From: Fidelibacterota bacterium
GTDB lineage: Bacteria > Fidelibacterota > Marinisomatia > Marinisomatales > JABMOV01
Direction of reading: 5' to 3'
Assembly: GCA_013203145.1 (NCBI GenBank)
Contig: JABMOV010000081.1
Location: forward strand, 10,765-74,764
DNA: 64,000 nucleotides
In this document: piece after piece, positions 21,096 to 31,082 of the stretch
Layout: each line of letters starts with the position of its first letter
Position numbering within the stretch: the stretch's first letter is position 1
Program-made: the position numbers and the translations under genes
Notes under the pieces: model-generated
What the model was told of the DNA's origin: nothing
Database searches by the model: none
The model's input: the letters and a program-made list of their open reading frames with translations, nothing else

Positions 21096-22022
21096 CTATT
21101 CTTGAAATTCTAGATAACGCTCCGCATCAATAGCAGCCTGACAACCGGAACCTGCTGCAGTAATGGCTTGCCGATAGGTATGATCCTGTACATCACCACA
21201 CGCAAAAACACCAGGAATGTTTGTGTAACTACTATCACTTTGAGTAATCAGATATCCTTTGTCATCCATATCAAGGATGTCTGTAAAAAGCGATGTATTT
21301 GGCGTATGACCAATGGCCATAAATACTCCATCGCAAGAATCTTCTCGGCTTTCACCCGTTTGTGTATCTATTAATACAACACCGGTGACACCAGATTCTT
21401 TTGTCCCAAGAATTTCTTTAATCGTGGAATTCCAGTGAAAATGAACCTTCGGATTATCTTCGGCACGTTTACGCATAATTTTTGATGCGCGTAATTCTTC
21501 CCGTCGATGTACAATCCATACTTCACTGGCAAATTTGGTCAGGAAAACAGCTTCTTCTATTGCGGAATCTCCGCCACCAACAACTAAAACTTTTTGGTCT
21601 CGATAGAAAAATCCGTCACAAGTTGCACAAGCTGAAACACCATAGCCCATTAGGTTCTTTTCAGAATCAAGACCCAACATTTTTGCTGTGGCTCCAGTAG
21701 ACACTATTACGGTATCACTAGTATAAAGATCATCACCTATCCAAACCTTGAAAGGGCGTTTGGAAAAATCAACTTTTGTGACATGTTTAAAAGCACATTC
21801 TGCACCAAAGCGTTTAGCCTGTTCGCGCATTTTGTCCATAAGTTCTGGTCCTGAAATACCTTCAGGGAAACCAGGATAATTCTCCACGTCTGTGGTGATG
21901 GTTAATTGTCCACCTGGTTGATTTCCTTCAAAAACAAGTGGTTCTAAGTTTGCTCGTGCTGAATAAATCGCAGCCGTTAATCCGGCTGGACCTGATCCAA
22001 TTATTATAACTTTCCGATTCAT
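21096..22022 (-). CDS. trxB: thioredoxin-disulfide reductase
   Basis: IIGSGPAG, redox CATCDG, GGGDSAIEEA, full-length 308 aa. Confidence 0.95.
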   Translation of the reverse strand: MNRKVIIIGSGPAGLTAAIYSARANLEPLVFEGNQPGGQLTITTDVENYPGFPEGISGPELMDKMREQAKRFGAECAFKHVTKVDFSKRPFKVWIGDDLYTSDTVIVSTGATAKMLGLDSEKNLMGYGVSACATCDGFFYRDQKVLVVGGGDSAIEEAVFLTKFASEVWIVHRREELRASKIMRKRAEDNPKVHFHWNSTIKEILGTKESGVTGVVLIDTQTGESREDSCDGVFMAIGHTPNTSLFTDILDMDDKGYLITQSDSSYTNIPGVFACGDVQDHTYRQAITAAGSGCQAAIDAERYLEFQE

Positions 22023-22028
22023 GTTAGT

Positions 22029-22358
22029 TTATTTTAATATCTCATCTATTAATTTTGTAATACTGTTTTTAGGAACAGCGCCAACAACTTGATTCGCAAC
22101 ATTCCCGTCTTTTATTAACAATGTGCTAGGAATACTTCGAATTCCAAATTTCATCGCTGTTTGTTGATTTTGATCAACATTAACTTTACCAACTTTAACT
22201 TTACCTGAATAATCATTTGCTATTTCGGCTATTGTAGGTGCCAATGCATGGCATGGGCCGCACCATTCCGCCCAAAAATCTACTAAAACAGGTATATCTG
22301 ATTTCAATACCTCATTTTCAAAATTTTCATCTGTAAACTCGATTAAATTATCGGCCAT
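22029..22358 (-). CDS. trxA: thioredoxin
   Basis: WAEWCGPC active site. Start moved to the ATG at 22358 (MADNLIEF...), which is preceded by AAAGGAGG. The track ORF carries a 42-aa non-homologous extension. Confidence 0.93.
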   Translation of the reverse strand: MADNLIEFTDENFENEVLKSDIPVLVDFWAEWCGPCHALAPTIAEIANDYSGKVKVGKVNVDQNQQTAMKFGIRSIPSTLLIKDGNVANQVVGAVPKNSITKLIDEILK

Positions 22359-22501
22359 TTTGCCTCCTTTTGTATAAAATGAACTTTTGAAGTTAGCCGT
22401 AATCCGGGACTTCATTAAACCATTATAATTGCTTTTTCCTATTTTCGCGTCAAATTCCCTAAAGAGATTATAGATACAATTCAAATGAGATCGTTACACT
22501 A

Positions 22502-22969
22502 TTATTCACTCACTATCCATTTTTGCATTGTATGTGAGACAATCTTATAATCCATTTTTTCATATAATTTTTGTGCATCATTATTTTCAAAAACATTGAG
22601 TTGGATTCGATTTATGGCATAATCACGCAATTTATTTTCAAGTTGAGCCAACGCCTTTTTTCCATATCCTTGCCTTCTATAGGATTCTTTGATATGTATA
22701 AAAAAAATAAAAGCCAATTTACTTTTTTTAGTAATCTGGATCCATATTCCCCCAACGTTCATTCCATTTTGATTAGTGATTGAATAGAAATAATGATTTT
22801 CTGTATTTAAACCATCTGGTAACAGTTTATTTGTTTCATCAAGAGATCTTGTTCGAGCCAGTTCAACATCCATCTTCATATTCTTTACAAGCTCGTTTGT
22901 GTAGGAATCCACGACAATTGGGAAAAATTCATCATATTCTTGATCAGTCATATGTTTTAATTCAATCAT
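22502..22969 (-). CDS. GNAT family N-acetyltransferase
   Basis: YRRQGYGKKAL acetyl-CoA motif A. Confidence 0.8.
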   Translation of the reverse strand: MIELKHMTDQEYDEFFPIVVDSYTNELVKNMKMDVELARTRSLDETNKLLPDGLNTENHYFYSITNQNGMNVGGIWIQITKKSKLAFIFFIHIKESYRRQGYGKKALAQLENKLRDYAINRIQLNVFENNDAQKLYEKMDYKIVSHTMQKWIVSE

Positions 22970-23510
22970 TCCTATCCTTCCTTAACAAACTGTATATATT
23001 CAAATCATGATACCGATCGTACAAGTATTCAGACTCTCTCAAAATACCCTCAAAGGTGAATCCCAATTTTTTGGGAATCGCATTACTACTTCCATTTTCT
23101 AATGCACAACGAATTTCTATTCTATTTATCTCAAGTGAATTAAAACAATATTCTATCAATGATTGACATGCTGTAGTTGTAAATCTATTCCCTTGATATT
23201 TTTCACCTATCCAGTATCCTATCGAGCCGATATGATTGTTTATTATAATATCAACACCAATAACTCCTATAAAAATATTTTTATAATGAAGGCCAAATTG
23301 AATTCCTGTTTTGAGCTGAAATTTTGTCTCATAATAGTGAATAAATGTTTCAGTATCCTTGGATGAATGAATGCTATCCACCCAGGGCAACCATTGGCGC
23401 AAATGTTGATAATTAGCGATGGTCAAGTTATATATCTCGTCGCTATGCTCCTGTTGTAACTGTACAAGCTTTAATTCAGGAAATGTTGTATCCAATAATA
23501 CATGATCCAT
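22962..23510 (-). CDS. GNAT family N-acetyltransferase (RimJ/RimL-like)
   Basis: IGYWIGEKYQGNRFTT and NSNAIPKKLGFTFEGILRE are typical of the RimJ/L subgroup. Confidence 0.8.
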   Translation of the reverse strand: MDHVLLDTTFPELKLVQLQQEHSDEIYNLTIANYQHLRQWLPWVDSIHSSKDTETFIHYYETKFQLKTGIQFGLHYKNIFIGVIGVDIIINNHIGSIGYWIGEKYQGNRFTTTACQSLIEYCFNSLEINRIEIRCALENGSSNAIPKKLGFTFEGILRESEYLYDRYHDLNIYSLLRKDRND

Positions 23511-23537
23511 TATAATTCCTACTTTAACTAAATTATG

Positions 23538-26500
23538 TTATCTTCTTTTATTGTTCCTTTTATAAGATATTTCTTTTGCTGGCTCAATATGCGTAGAACT
23601 TCGATCCAAAAATATTATATCCGTTATATTTAGTAAATCATATATATCAATTTTGAAATCAAAATTAACGTCTGCTGCCACAAATTGATCGGGTGTCATA
23701 TTAATATTTTCAAATATAATATTTACACAAGCTAGCATATCTAGAATATTTATTGTTCCATCAAAATTGATGTCTCCAGCCATTGGTAATGAATCAGACA
23801 AACAAACGATATACTCATAATAAGTAGTTGTCTGCAGATTATTATTATGATCTAAGATCGACAATGAAACATCATAAAATCCAGGTTGCGTATACAGATG
23901 AGATGGATTTTTCTCAATTGATGTAGACCCATCACCAAAATCCCATTCCCACCAGCCATGCAATCCAGAACTTGTATTTTCAAAACGAATTGTAGATGGA
24001 ACTTGGCTTATTCTATTTTCAGCTTCAAAATCAGGAATAAGAGTTGGTGGATAAGCCAAATATGTTTCATAATAATCGACAAATCCGCTTGTGTCTTGAG
24101 GTTCAGACGATAATTGCATTGCATAATAATCATTGGGATGAGGAATGACCATATCCCCGCCTACTGGCAGCCATGTTTCCCATTGGATGACGCTGACGTT
24201 ATCAAACCAGGAATGTGCTTCTCCTGACGCTGGCATATCACTGTTGCAGCGGATGTCGAAGAATTCAGCGTTACCTGGGACATCAATATTATTTGAATAA
24301 AAAGTCCATGTTGAATCTCCCGTTATCCAAATGCCAAGATCAACTTCCTGAAGAATTGCTGAACTATACCGAGTTTGGTAAAAACGGATTTGTATTGATA
24401 CATTACTTCCGTTAACTGTTTTAATCCATCCCGACAATGATATTGGGATACTTGGTTTGATGGGCAAACGGTGCACCAGATTTGTAACAATATTGTCACC
24501 TGATGATGGTGTTCGCCTGTGGAATAAAGATAGATAACCGTCGTGAGATTCATCATCAACGATTAGTTCATCCTCACTATTGGCATTCCAAAGATTGGCT
24601 CCTTCATTTTCAAAATTCCCATACCAGATCAATTCACGACCAAATCGCATATCCATTATATTATCTGGTTCAACCATATTCATGAGTGAGATACCACCTA
24701 TTTCATGAATTGAAATAGGTTTTGAAATTCCAGCAACCATTTCGAATGTCCTACGATTTGGGATTTGATACTGTGGCATATATATGGGATATAATACCAC
24801 ATGGGCTTCATTGGTAAATCGATCCACGTGGATGTATGAGTCTAGATTATATGATTTCATTGCAATATCATCCAGTATATATAAACCCAACTGCCCTGTT
24901 GCTGGTTTGGTTATATATCCATCCAAAAATGCTGGCGTTAAAGAAAAAGCAGTAAACCCGTCAGGTTCAGCATCCGCATTAAGGATTACTGTTGGCATGG
25001 TTTCAGGGTAATTCATATCAAATACAAAATTCCCCAGAGAATGGGCAATCAATTTGCCATTGTGAACTTCTATCCCTTGCACTTTGTGCGGATGATGCAC
25101 GATAACTACATCTGCGCCCTCATCCAAAGCAAATTGGCGAATTTCACGATCCCACAAATGAGGGACATCGATACGATGGGAATAATCTTCATCTTCCGCT
25201 ATAGGATCAGAAATACCGTAGGAAGCGGTACGGCTAACTCTTTGTTCGCCAAAATCGTCTCTAGGTTCATAATTATCATAATCAGAGCCAGGCTCCACAG
25301 AATATTCACTTCCGGCATGAAACTCCATGATCACTAAATCAACAACATCACGAACTTCCTGAATTTGTTGACGAATATTGTAGGGTGTCATGTATGCAAA
25401 ACCAGGTTTACTCAACCCAGCATTCAAGTATGGTTGGTAATTATTGTATTGTCCAGTCCGATCACTGGATGCCAGAAACGCCAATGAAACTCCTTTCCGT
25501 GAGATAATCAATGGATCAGAGGCTTGGATTGAATTATTTCCTGCACCACTATGAAGAATTCCTGCATCATTTAGGACATGCTGAGTCTGAGTTTGTCCTT
25601 CGATACCATAATCCATACTATGATTGTTAGCTAATGTCACAATATCAATACCTGCATAAGTCAGCCCATCTACATTGTCAGGTGACCCGCGAAAAACAAT
25701 GGATTTTGTGGGATGGGGTTCTCCCTCATCGGTTAACGGACATTCCAAATTTGCGATGGTCAGATCGGCTGCATTGCCTAAAATATCTAACGTAGGCTCA
25801 AATAAAGCTTCTACACCCAATGTTGGAATAACGCCCCCATCATCTTCCATTCGTCGTGCCATCATGATATCACCTACAAAATTCATCGTCAACGGCAATG
25901 ATGATTCTCCCTCATCAACACTGACTTCTGTATATCCACGTCCTATTGCGCCTTGCTGATCAATAACTTCCAAAACCACCGAATACGTGTGATCATCCAT
26001 AGCAGAATAATTATGGGTTGGACTTTCGTTTGTACTCGTTTCCCCGTCCCCGAAATGCCAGTAATAATTAAAGACGTAACTATCAGGATCATCAATTTCT
26101 GCCCAAAATGATACGTCTACATTGCGAGTTCGACCTTGTCTGCGCATAGTGCCTACATCATGATGAATCGTAACTACCGGGGGAGTATATTGGTCGGGAG
26201 TCAAATCGATAATGGAATTAAATTGTATATCACCCGGTTCAGATGCGTCGGCATCATTGACATAAATAATTTCATTGATTTCTGATAAAGAATCAAAACG
26301 TGCCACCCAATCGTCACCGATGGGCAATTGAACAGTGAACCATTGATTCAATCGAAAATATCCCTGATAAACCGTTACCCATTCATCAATATCCAATACT
26401 TCTGTGCCTGCTAAACCATACCACAAAACGTGATCTGCATCTTTAAATCCAATTCCTTGGATTTCGCCAACCAAATCAATTTTCATGTTCACCGACCAAA

Positions 26501-28313
26501 CTGAACTACTATCCAATGGATATGGATCAATGGAATGGGTTTTCCACGTATTCCCTGTTAAGGATAATGTCATATTTCCATTTTCTAATGTATCAATTTG
26601 CCAGGCATCAGGATCAACATCTTCATCACCATACGATCCAAAAACCAGATTGGTATCTTCGAATGATTCAATTGTTATAGGAAATCCATGACCCTCAAAA
26701 TAATTCAGCACACTTTCAGAAAAGCCAGATGCATTTTCAAAATAATCGTCTGATGCGATCGCCACATAACAAGTATCTGGTAGTAAATCATTTGAAATCG
26801 TTAAACGATCTGCTCGCATATCAGCAAGAATGGGATAATCCTCACGATCCAGATAGGGCGAACCTGTCGTGATTTCTGTTTCATCAAAATAAAGTCGATA
26901 GGACTTGAAATTCGTATCTTCTACGGGATTCCATCTATACGATGAAACATCTGGTAAAATTGCCGTGGGATAGAATAATGATACTGTGTCTGGCGACGTA
27001 ACATCTATGGCTGTTTCCCAATAAACTAGATAATCTTCTACCGCATTCAGAAAAGGTTGATAATACTCAAATAACATGGAAAAATTGTTATACGATGTGG
27101 GATAATCCCCGGCGTAGAGAGTATCCAATGGCATTTCAAGAAAATCAAAAATCTGCGGTTTCTCATCAAACTCCACATGGACAAATGGCTCATAGACATC
27201 CCTGCCATTATGCAAACTATGGGTTTGGTTTAATTGCACGTTTGCGGATGAACCTTTTAGCTCTGTTGCCTTTTTAATATTATATGTACCATATTCGCCC
27301 CAATAATGAAAATCATAATCATAAAACACTTCATAATAATTGTCTACACGGACCATCCCATGGGGACCAAATGCTCCACCGTAAATGGTGATTTCATCAG
27401 TGAAATTGATAATATCATTATGCTCACTTGATATATCGCGGATGGGTTTATTGGCAATGGAATGTAGAGCTCCCGCAGAAACGATGATAGAGTTCAACCC
27501 TTCGTGAGAACCATTATCGAAACTATGAAATTGAAGCACGATGGGTGAATGAAGGCCTTCATTCCACAATGTTTCGGTAATCAAGCGATGAAACGTATGA
27601 AATACGGTGTTACTATTGCGGGATGGATCTGATAATGATTTATTATTTGTATAGTTGCCTTCTTCTGTCCACTTTAATTCCCTTCCCGCCCCGGCAAACA
27701 GGATGGCGCGAGCATCCGTTTGCAGAAATGCCTCAATCCCAATATATGGCGAAATGAAATCATCACAGGGATGGGGCACTTCGAATACGACTTGTTGGCG
27801 TGTTGCATTGGGATTAATAATATATAATCCCCATCCATTGCGGAAACTGCCATGTACATCATCATCAGGGAAAGCGGGTAAGTTGATATCCGTGTAACTC
27901 ATATCCAACCGCTCACGTATCATAATAAATGGTTGACTCAATGTTGTATCAACAAACCATACCAAATCATAATTATAGGATGCTAATAAATCGGTAAGAA
28001 GCTGATCGGCGGTCGTAGTATCACTCTGTAAAAGAGCATTGACGATGGATTCCCAATGGGTATGGATTGGTGATCCTTGTGGTATAATTGTGTAATCACC
28101 AAAACCATTTGTTTGTATATCCAACCAGGTTGGACCATAATCGTTGTAACCTTCGTCAGCAATTCCTTCGGAGACGTGGGAAACATAGTTATCGTAGGCT
28201 GTGGTTTCTGACGTGCCTCCAATGAATTCACGCAGGCTACCGGACTCATAGATAATTTCACCATGAAGCATGGCGAAAATGCTTAAAAATAAAATGACTC
28301 TTTGAATTTTCAT
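23538..28313 (-). CDS. 1591-aa secreted multidomain protein: unknown N-terminal domain, PKD, CapA-like metallophosphoesterase, CBM-like domain, PKD, C-terminal dockerin-like module
   Basis: Signal peptide. PKD motifs YYWHFGDGETS...HNY and WEWDFGDGSTS...HLY. CapA-family motifs VGDIMMARR, ANLECPLT, LANNHSMDYG, HAGSEY, HHPHKVQG, SLGNFVFD. Terminal GDINFDGTINILD...ADVNFDFKIDIYD. Confidence 0.8.
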   Translation of the reverse strand: MKIQRVILFLSIFAMLHGEIIYESGSLREFIGGTSETTAYDNYVSHVSEGIADEGYNDYGPTWLDIQTNGFGDYTIIPQGSPIHTHWESIVNALLQSDTTTADQLLTDLLASYNYDLVWFVDTTLSQPFIMIRERLDMSYTDINLPAFPDDDVHGSFRNGWGLYIINPNATRQQVVFEVPHPCDDFISPYIGIEAFLQTDARAILFAGAGRELKWTEEGNYTNNKSLSDPSRNSNTVFHTFHRLITETLWNEGLHSPIVLQFHSFDNGSHEGLNSIIVSAGALHSIANKPIRDISSEHNDIINFTDEITIYGGAFGPHGMVRVDNYYEVFYDYDFHYWGEYGTYNIKKATELKGSSANVQLNQTHSLHNGRDVYEPFVHVEFDEKPQIFDFLEMPLDTLYAGDYPTSYNNFSMLFEYYQPFLNAVEDYLVYWETAIDVTSPDTVSLFYPTAILPDVSSYRWNPVEDTNFKSYRLYFDETEITTGSPYLDREDYPILADMRADRLTISNDLLPDTCYVAIASDDYFENASGFSESVLNYFEGHGFPITIESFEDTNLVFGSYGDEDVDPDAWQIDTLENGNMTLSLTGNTWKTHSIDPYPLDSSSVWSVNMKIDLVGEIQGIGFKDADHVLWYGLAGTEVLDIDEWVTVYQGYFRLNQWFTVQLPIGDDWVARFDSLSEINEIIYVNDADASEPGDIQFNSIIDLTPDQYTPPVVTIHHDVGTMRRQGRTRNVDVSFWAEIDDPDSYVFNYYWHFGDGETSTNESPTHNYSAMDDHTYSVVLEVIDQQGAIGRGYTEVSVDEGESSLPLTMNFVGDIMMARRMEDDGGVIPTLGVEALFEPTLDILGNAADLTIANLECPLTDEGEPHPTKSIVFRGSPDNVDGLTYAGIDIVTLANNHSMDYGIEGQTQTQHVLNDAGILHSGAGNNSIQASDPLIISRKGVSLAFLASSDRTGQYNNYQPYLNAGLSKPGFAYMTPYNIRQQIQEVRDVVDLVIMEFHAGSEYSVEPGSDYDNYEPRDDFGEQRVSRTASYGISDPIAEDEDYSHRIDVPHLWDREIRQFALDEGADVVIVHHPHKVQGIEVHNGKLIAHSLGNFVFDMNYPETMPTVILNADAEPDGFTAFSLTPAFLDGYITKPATGQLGLYILDDIAMKSYNLDSYIHVDRFTNEAHVVLYPIYMPQYQIPNRRTFEMVAGISKPISIHEIGGISLMNMVEPDNIMDMRFGRELIWYGNFENEGANLWNANSEDELIVDDESHDGYLSLFHRRTPSSGDNIVTNLVHRLPIKPSIPISLSGWIKTVNGSNVSIQIRFYQTRYSSAILQEVDLGIWITGDSTWTFYSNNIDVPGNAEFFDIRCNSDMPASGEAHSWFDNVSVIQWETWLPVGGDMVIPHPNDYYAMQLSSEPQDTSGFVDYYETYLAYPPTLIPDFEAENRISQVPSTIRFENTSSGLHGWWEWDFGDGSTSIEKNPSHLYTQPGFYDVSLSILDHNNNLQTTTYYEYIVCLSDSLPMAGDINFDGTINILDMLACVNIIFENINMTPDQFVAADVNFDFKIDIYDLLNITDIIFLDRSSTHIEPAKEISYKRNNKRR

Positions 28314-28546
28314 GACCCGTTAGGCAGAAAATGTACGGAGGGAAATCGCCAACTAAATAATGTTAATTTTCCGCAAAATATTGTGAATTCTTCGTATCAT
28401 ATAATCCAATCAAAAATGTGGATGTAAAAATCAGGATAAATAAAATTAGTAGACCAATGATTATCAGTGAATAAACCTTTTTTTTTAATTGTTCTGAAAC
28501 AGACTAATAACTTCCAATATACAAAATGACTTTTAGAATTGTCTAT

Positions 28547-29680
28547 TTAATTTTGGTTTTGTTGTTCTTCTAATTTGATAAGTTCTTTTTTTCGCTTTTG
28601 GATTCTAGCTCGTGCATCTAAATATTCTGATTTACCACTCAATTTAAAACACTTATCAAATAATTCTTCTGCTTTATCCAGATCACCATGTATTTCATAG
28701 TAGATAGCAACATTATACATAGCTGGCACATGGTCTTTTTGACCATTTGTGGAATTATCCTCTAGTACCAATTCCCATGATTCTTTAGCATCATCCCATA
28801 GTTTTCTTTCAGCATATTTAAGCCCTGCTTTCATAGCCCCGGTGCTACCAGTTTTAATTTCACGATCTTCTTTTTTGTAATATGGTGCAATTTGCTTGAT
28901 TGATTTACTAATGACTTTATTTGTTAATTTATTTACTATAGGTTTCCAATCTGGTACATTGGCTCTTGCATCTTCTTTTGTTTCCTCTTCAGAAAAATCA
29001 TCGTATGGAAAAAATATTTTTGATTCATCATAATTGGCAGATGAATTCTCTGCTGAAGCAAGAATTTGTCCTGTTTCCACTGATACAACTTTATAATTAA
29101 TTACAACATCAATAAGTCTGAATACTTTATAAGTATAACTAGTATGTTTTTTTCCATCCTTATCTTTGTACTTTTGTTCGTACCAACCACCATTATCTGT
29201 AACACTATACGAACCTGAACCAAGAATTATTGCATCTACGCCCAATAGTTTTCCAATATATGCTGCATCAATATCATCAACTAGACCAGTCATACTCAGA
29301 CTTTGCTCATCGAGTACTTTTTCTAGTTCTTCTCGTTCAATGACTGTGAAATGACCGTTATTAACAAGTTTTGTTCGGAATTTTGCTGACACATCTGTTC
29401 CTGGGAATGCTTTTGTAGGATGAGGTGGTTCTTGTTTTTCTTTATCCAAACCAAAGGTGCTTTTTAATGCTTCTTTTGCAATTTCAGTAAATGTCTCAGG
29501 TTCTGGATCCACATCAAAAGTCCATGATCCAACATAATCAAAATCCATTATTGCAACCTTCTTTGTATCGCTTAGGTTGAATTTTGCTGGTTTTAAAACT
29601 TTTACATTTACATAGGTTGAACAACCGTTCAGTATTACCACTAATACTATTAGTAAATTGTTTTTAATATTCATAAGCAA
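28547..29680 (-). CDS. CsgG-like lipoprotein with C-terminal TPR
   Basis: Lipobox ILNGC. CsgG/LpoB-like core VAIMDFDY...LVNNGHFTVIEREELEKVLDEQSLSMTGLVD...GKLLGVDAIILGS. TPR-like tail. Confidence 0.65.
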   Translation of the reverse strand: MLMNIKNNLLIVLVVILNGCSTYVNVKVLKPAKFNLSDTKKVAIMDFDYVGSWTFDVDPEPETFTEIAKEALKSTFGLDKEKQEPPHPTKAFPGTDVSAKFRTKLVNNGHFTVIEREELEKVLDEQSLSMTGLVDDIDAAYIGKLLGVDAIILGSGSYSVTDNGGWYEQKYKDKDGKKHTSYTYKVFRLIDVVINYKVVSVETGQILASAENSSANYDESKIFFPYDDFSEEETKEDARANVPDWKPIVNKLTNKVISKSIKQIAPYYKKEDREIKTGSTGAMKAGLKYAERKLWDDAKESWELVLEDNSTNGQKDHVPAMYNVAIYYEIHGDLDKAEELFDKCFKLSGKSEYLDARARIQKRKKELIKLEEQQNQN

Positions 29681-29701
29681 ACCTCAATGTTTATAACGTA
29701 A

Positions 29702-30541
29702 CTATATGAATTTACTAAAATACTCCGCCACGGGTTTTGTGAAATCATTATCTGTCCAGTAACCGCTATGGGACAAGGGATTCCAGCTTGAAAACCACCC
29801 GCCAGAATTAATAGCTTTTTCATCTTCCGTTTTGATGATTTCGGCGTATGCTTCTATGGGCCTCAGGGGATAACCAAGGATGTCATCAGGATCATAGAAG
29901 TTCATCCAGCGGGCTTTGGCTTTCAAGTCCTCAGATAACGAATCAGGAGGAAATTGTATGGTTTTGACTTCGCTGTTTGCGAATGTAAATAATGGAATAT
30001 TACATCCGAATGTAACGATGCCAGTTAATGTGTGAAATTTTTCGAAATCGCTGAGATTCTCAGGATGATATAACACAGGATTTTCAGGATCAAAAATTTG
30101 CATATCCCAAATATAATTGGACATGATATGTCCACCAAGCGAATGCGCCATAATTATTAGCGGAACGTTAGTTCCCCCTAATCCAATATTGAATAATTCA
30201 TGCAAGGCGATCCTAATTCTGGTATGGATTTTATAATAGGTGGTATTGGGCGTATCCTTGACACAACGATATGCCGATGCATCCCCAATAGCAGTCACAA
30301 TAAATTTGCGAAGTTTATATTGATCAATTTCAGATTCTTGACGTGCTTTTGCGATATATTCAATTTATCGATCTTCAAGGATGTCAGCCCAGTATATCTT
30401 TTTCCAGATAACATCAGCTGGGTCCTTCCCTGCTATATTAAGTTTGTCACTGACTTCGTTTTTTAGATTATCTGCCGATGTAAAGTCTGGGTCTTGCGAA
30501 CCCATGCCATGGATAACCATGACTGCTAGTTTGGGGGACAT
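29702..30541 (-). pseudogene. alpha/beta hydrolase (lipase-like) interrupted by one in-frame TAA
   Basis: An ATG at 30541 preceded by AAGGAG gives MSPKLAVMVIHGMGSQDPDF...WADILEDR, then TAA at 30365-30367. The same frame continues IEYIAKARQES...IMAHSLGGH (GxSxG) down to the stop at 29702. Confidence 0.7.
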
Positions 30542-30587
30542 TCTAACTCCTTGGTTTAATAGAAAGCTAAAATAGTCAGGATTATTT

Positions 30588-30610
30588 GTAAATACGCTCT
30601 ACTACGTATT
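30588..30610. repeat. left copy of a perfect 23-bp inverted repeat (GTAAATACGCTCTACTACGTATT), candidate operator
   Basis: Exact reverse complement of 31203-31225. Contains the inner dyad AATACG-N8-CGTATT. Lies 46 nt upstream of the hydrolase ATG. Confidence 0.9.
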
Positions 30611-30803
30611 TTTTCATGTTTTTTTAGACACAGTCATTGCGTGACAAAGCAATCTCATTTAGTAGATTGGAAGATTACTACACCATGTTCGCAATAACAC
30701 AGTAACTATTTATCATTATGAAAAACGTGACGACAAAGGAATCTCACCTACATATTTATAATTGAATTCCCAACTACTATGGATCGTAATGACAGAAACA
30801 AGA

Positions 30804-31082
30804 TCATTCTTCGTTTAGATCAATCCATTTCTCTTCATGTGAATATTCGCGATACAAAGTATCTAACCGTTTATATTTTATAAGTCGCATTGTTTCTTTC
30901 ATGCATAGATCAATAAAGTGATTTACATTTGAAAATGGCTTTCGAGATGCAAAATGATAATGAAAATGACTTTCATCATCAGAAATTGTAAAAATAAAAT
31001 TTAATCCTGCTTCTAAATCATTATGAACGGGATTCAATCGCTCATAATTAATTAAATACTTCTGCACTTCCCTATCGTTCAT
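30804..31082 (-). CDS. hypothetical 92-aa protein
   Basis: Balanced amino-acid composition. GGGGAG lies 3 nt upstream of the ATG. No recognisable family. Sits between the two inverted-repeat copies. Confidence 0.45.
   Translation of the reverse strand: MNDREVQKYLINYERLNPVHNDLEAGLNFIFTISDDESHFHYHFASRKPFSNVNHFIDLCMKETMRLIKYKRLDTLYREYSHEEKWIDLNEE

Noticed and set aside
22359-22484. N-terminal extensions of track ORFs (trxA 22359-22484; also smpB 41757-41822, typA 36147-36176, acidic barrel protein 61697-61807, GWxTD 16156-16209, RNase H-like 14098-14163, mreB 12732-12767)
   Set aside because: The extensions lack homology to the known protein N-termini. The internal ATGs give canonical N-termini or signal peptides, often with a Shine-Dalgarno-like sequence or an ATGA overlap with the upstream stop.
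28380-28500. Minus-strand mini-ORF encoding a hydrophobic peptide (KKKVYSLIIIGLLILFILIFTSTFLIGLYDTKNSQYFAEN) between the CsgG-like gene and the exoprotein gene
   Set aside because: There is no ATG, GTG or TTG start in frame after the preceding stop. AT-rich DNA readily yields Ile/Leu/Phe-rich pseudo-helices.
30365-30367. In-frame TAA as evidence for stop-codon reassignment or programmed readthrough
   Set aside because: TAA is used as a normal terminator elsewhere in the window (for example the gene ending at 1833), and no other gene is interrupted by it. A simple nonsense mutation or a base-call error is far more likely.
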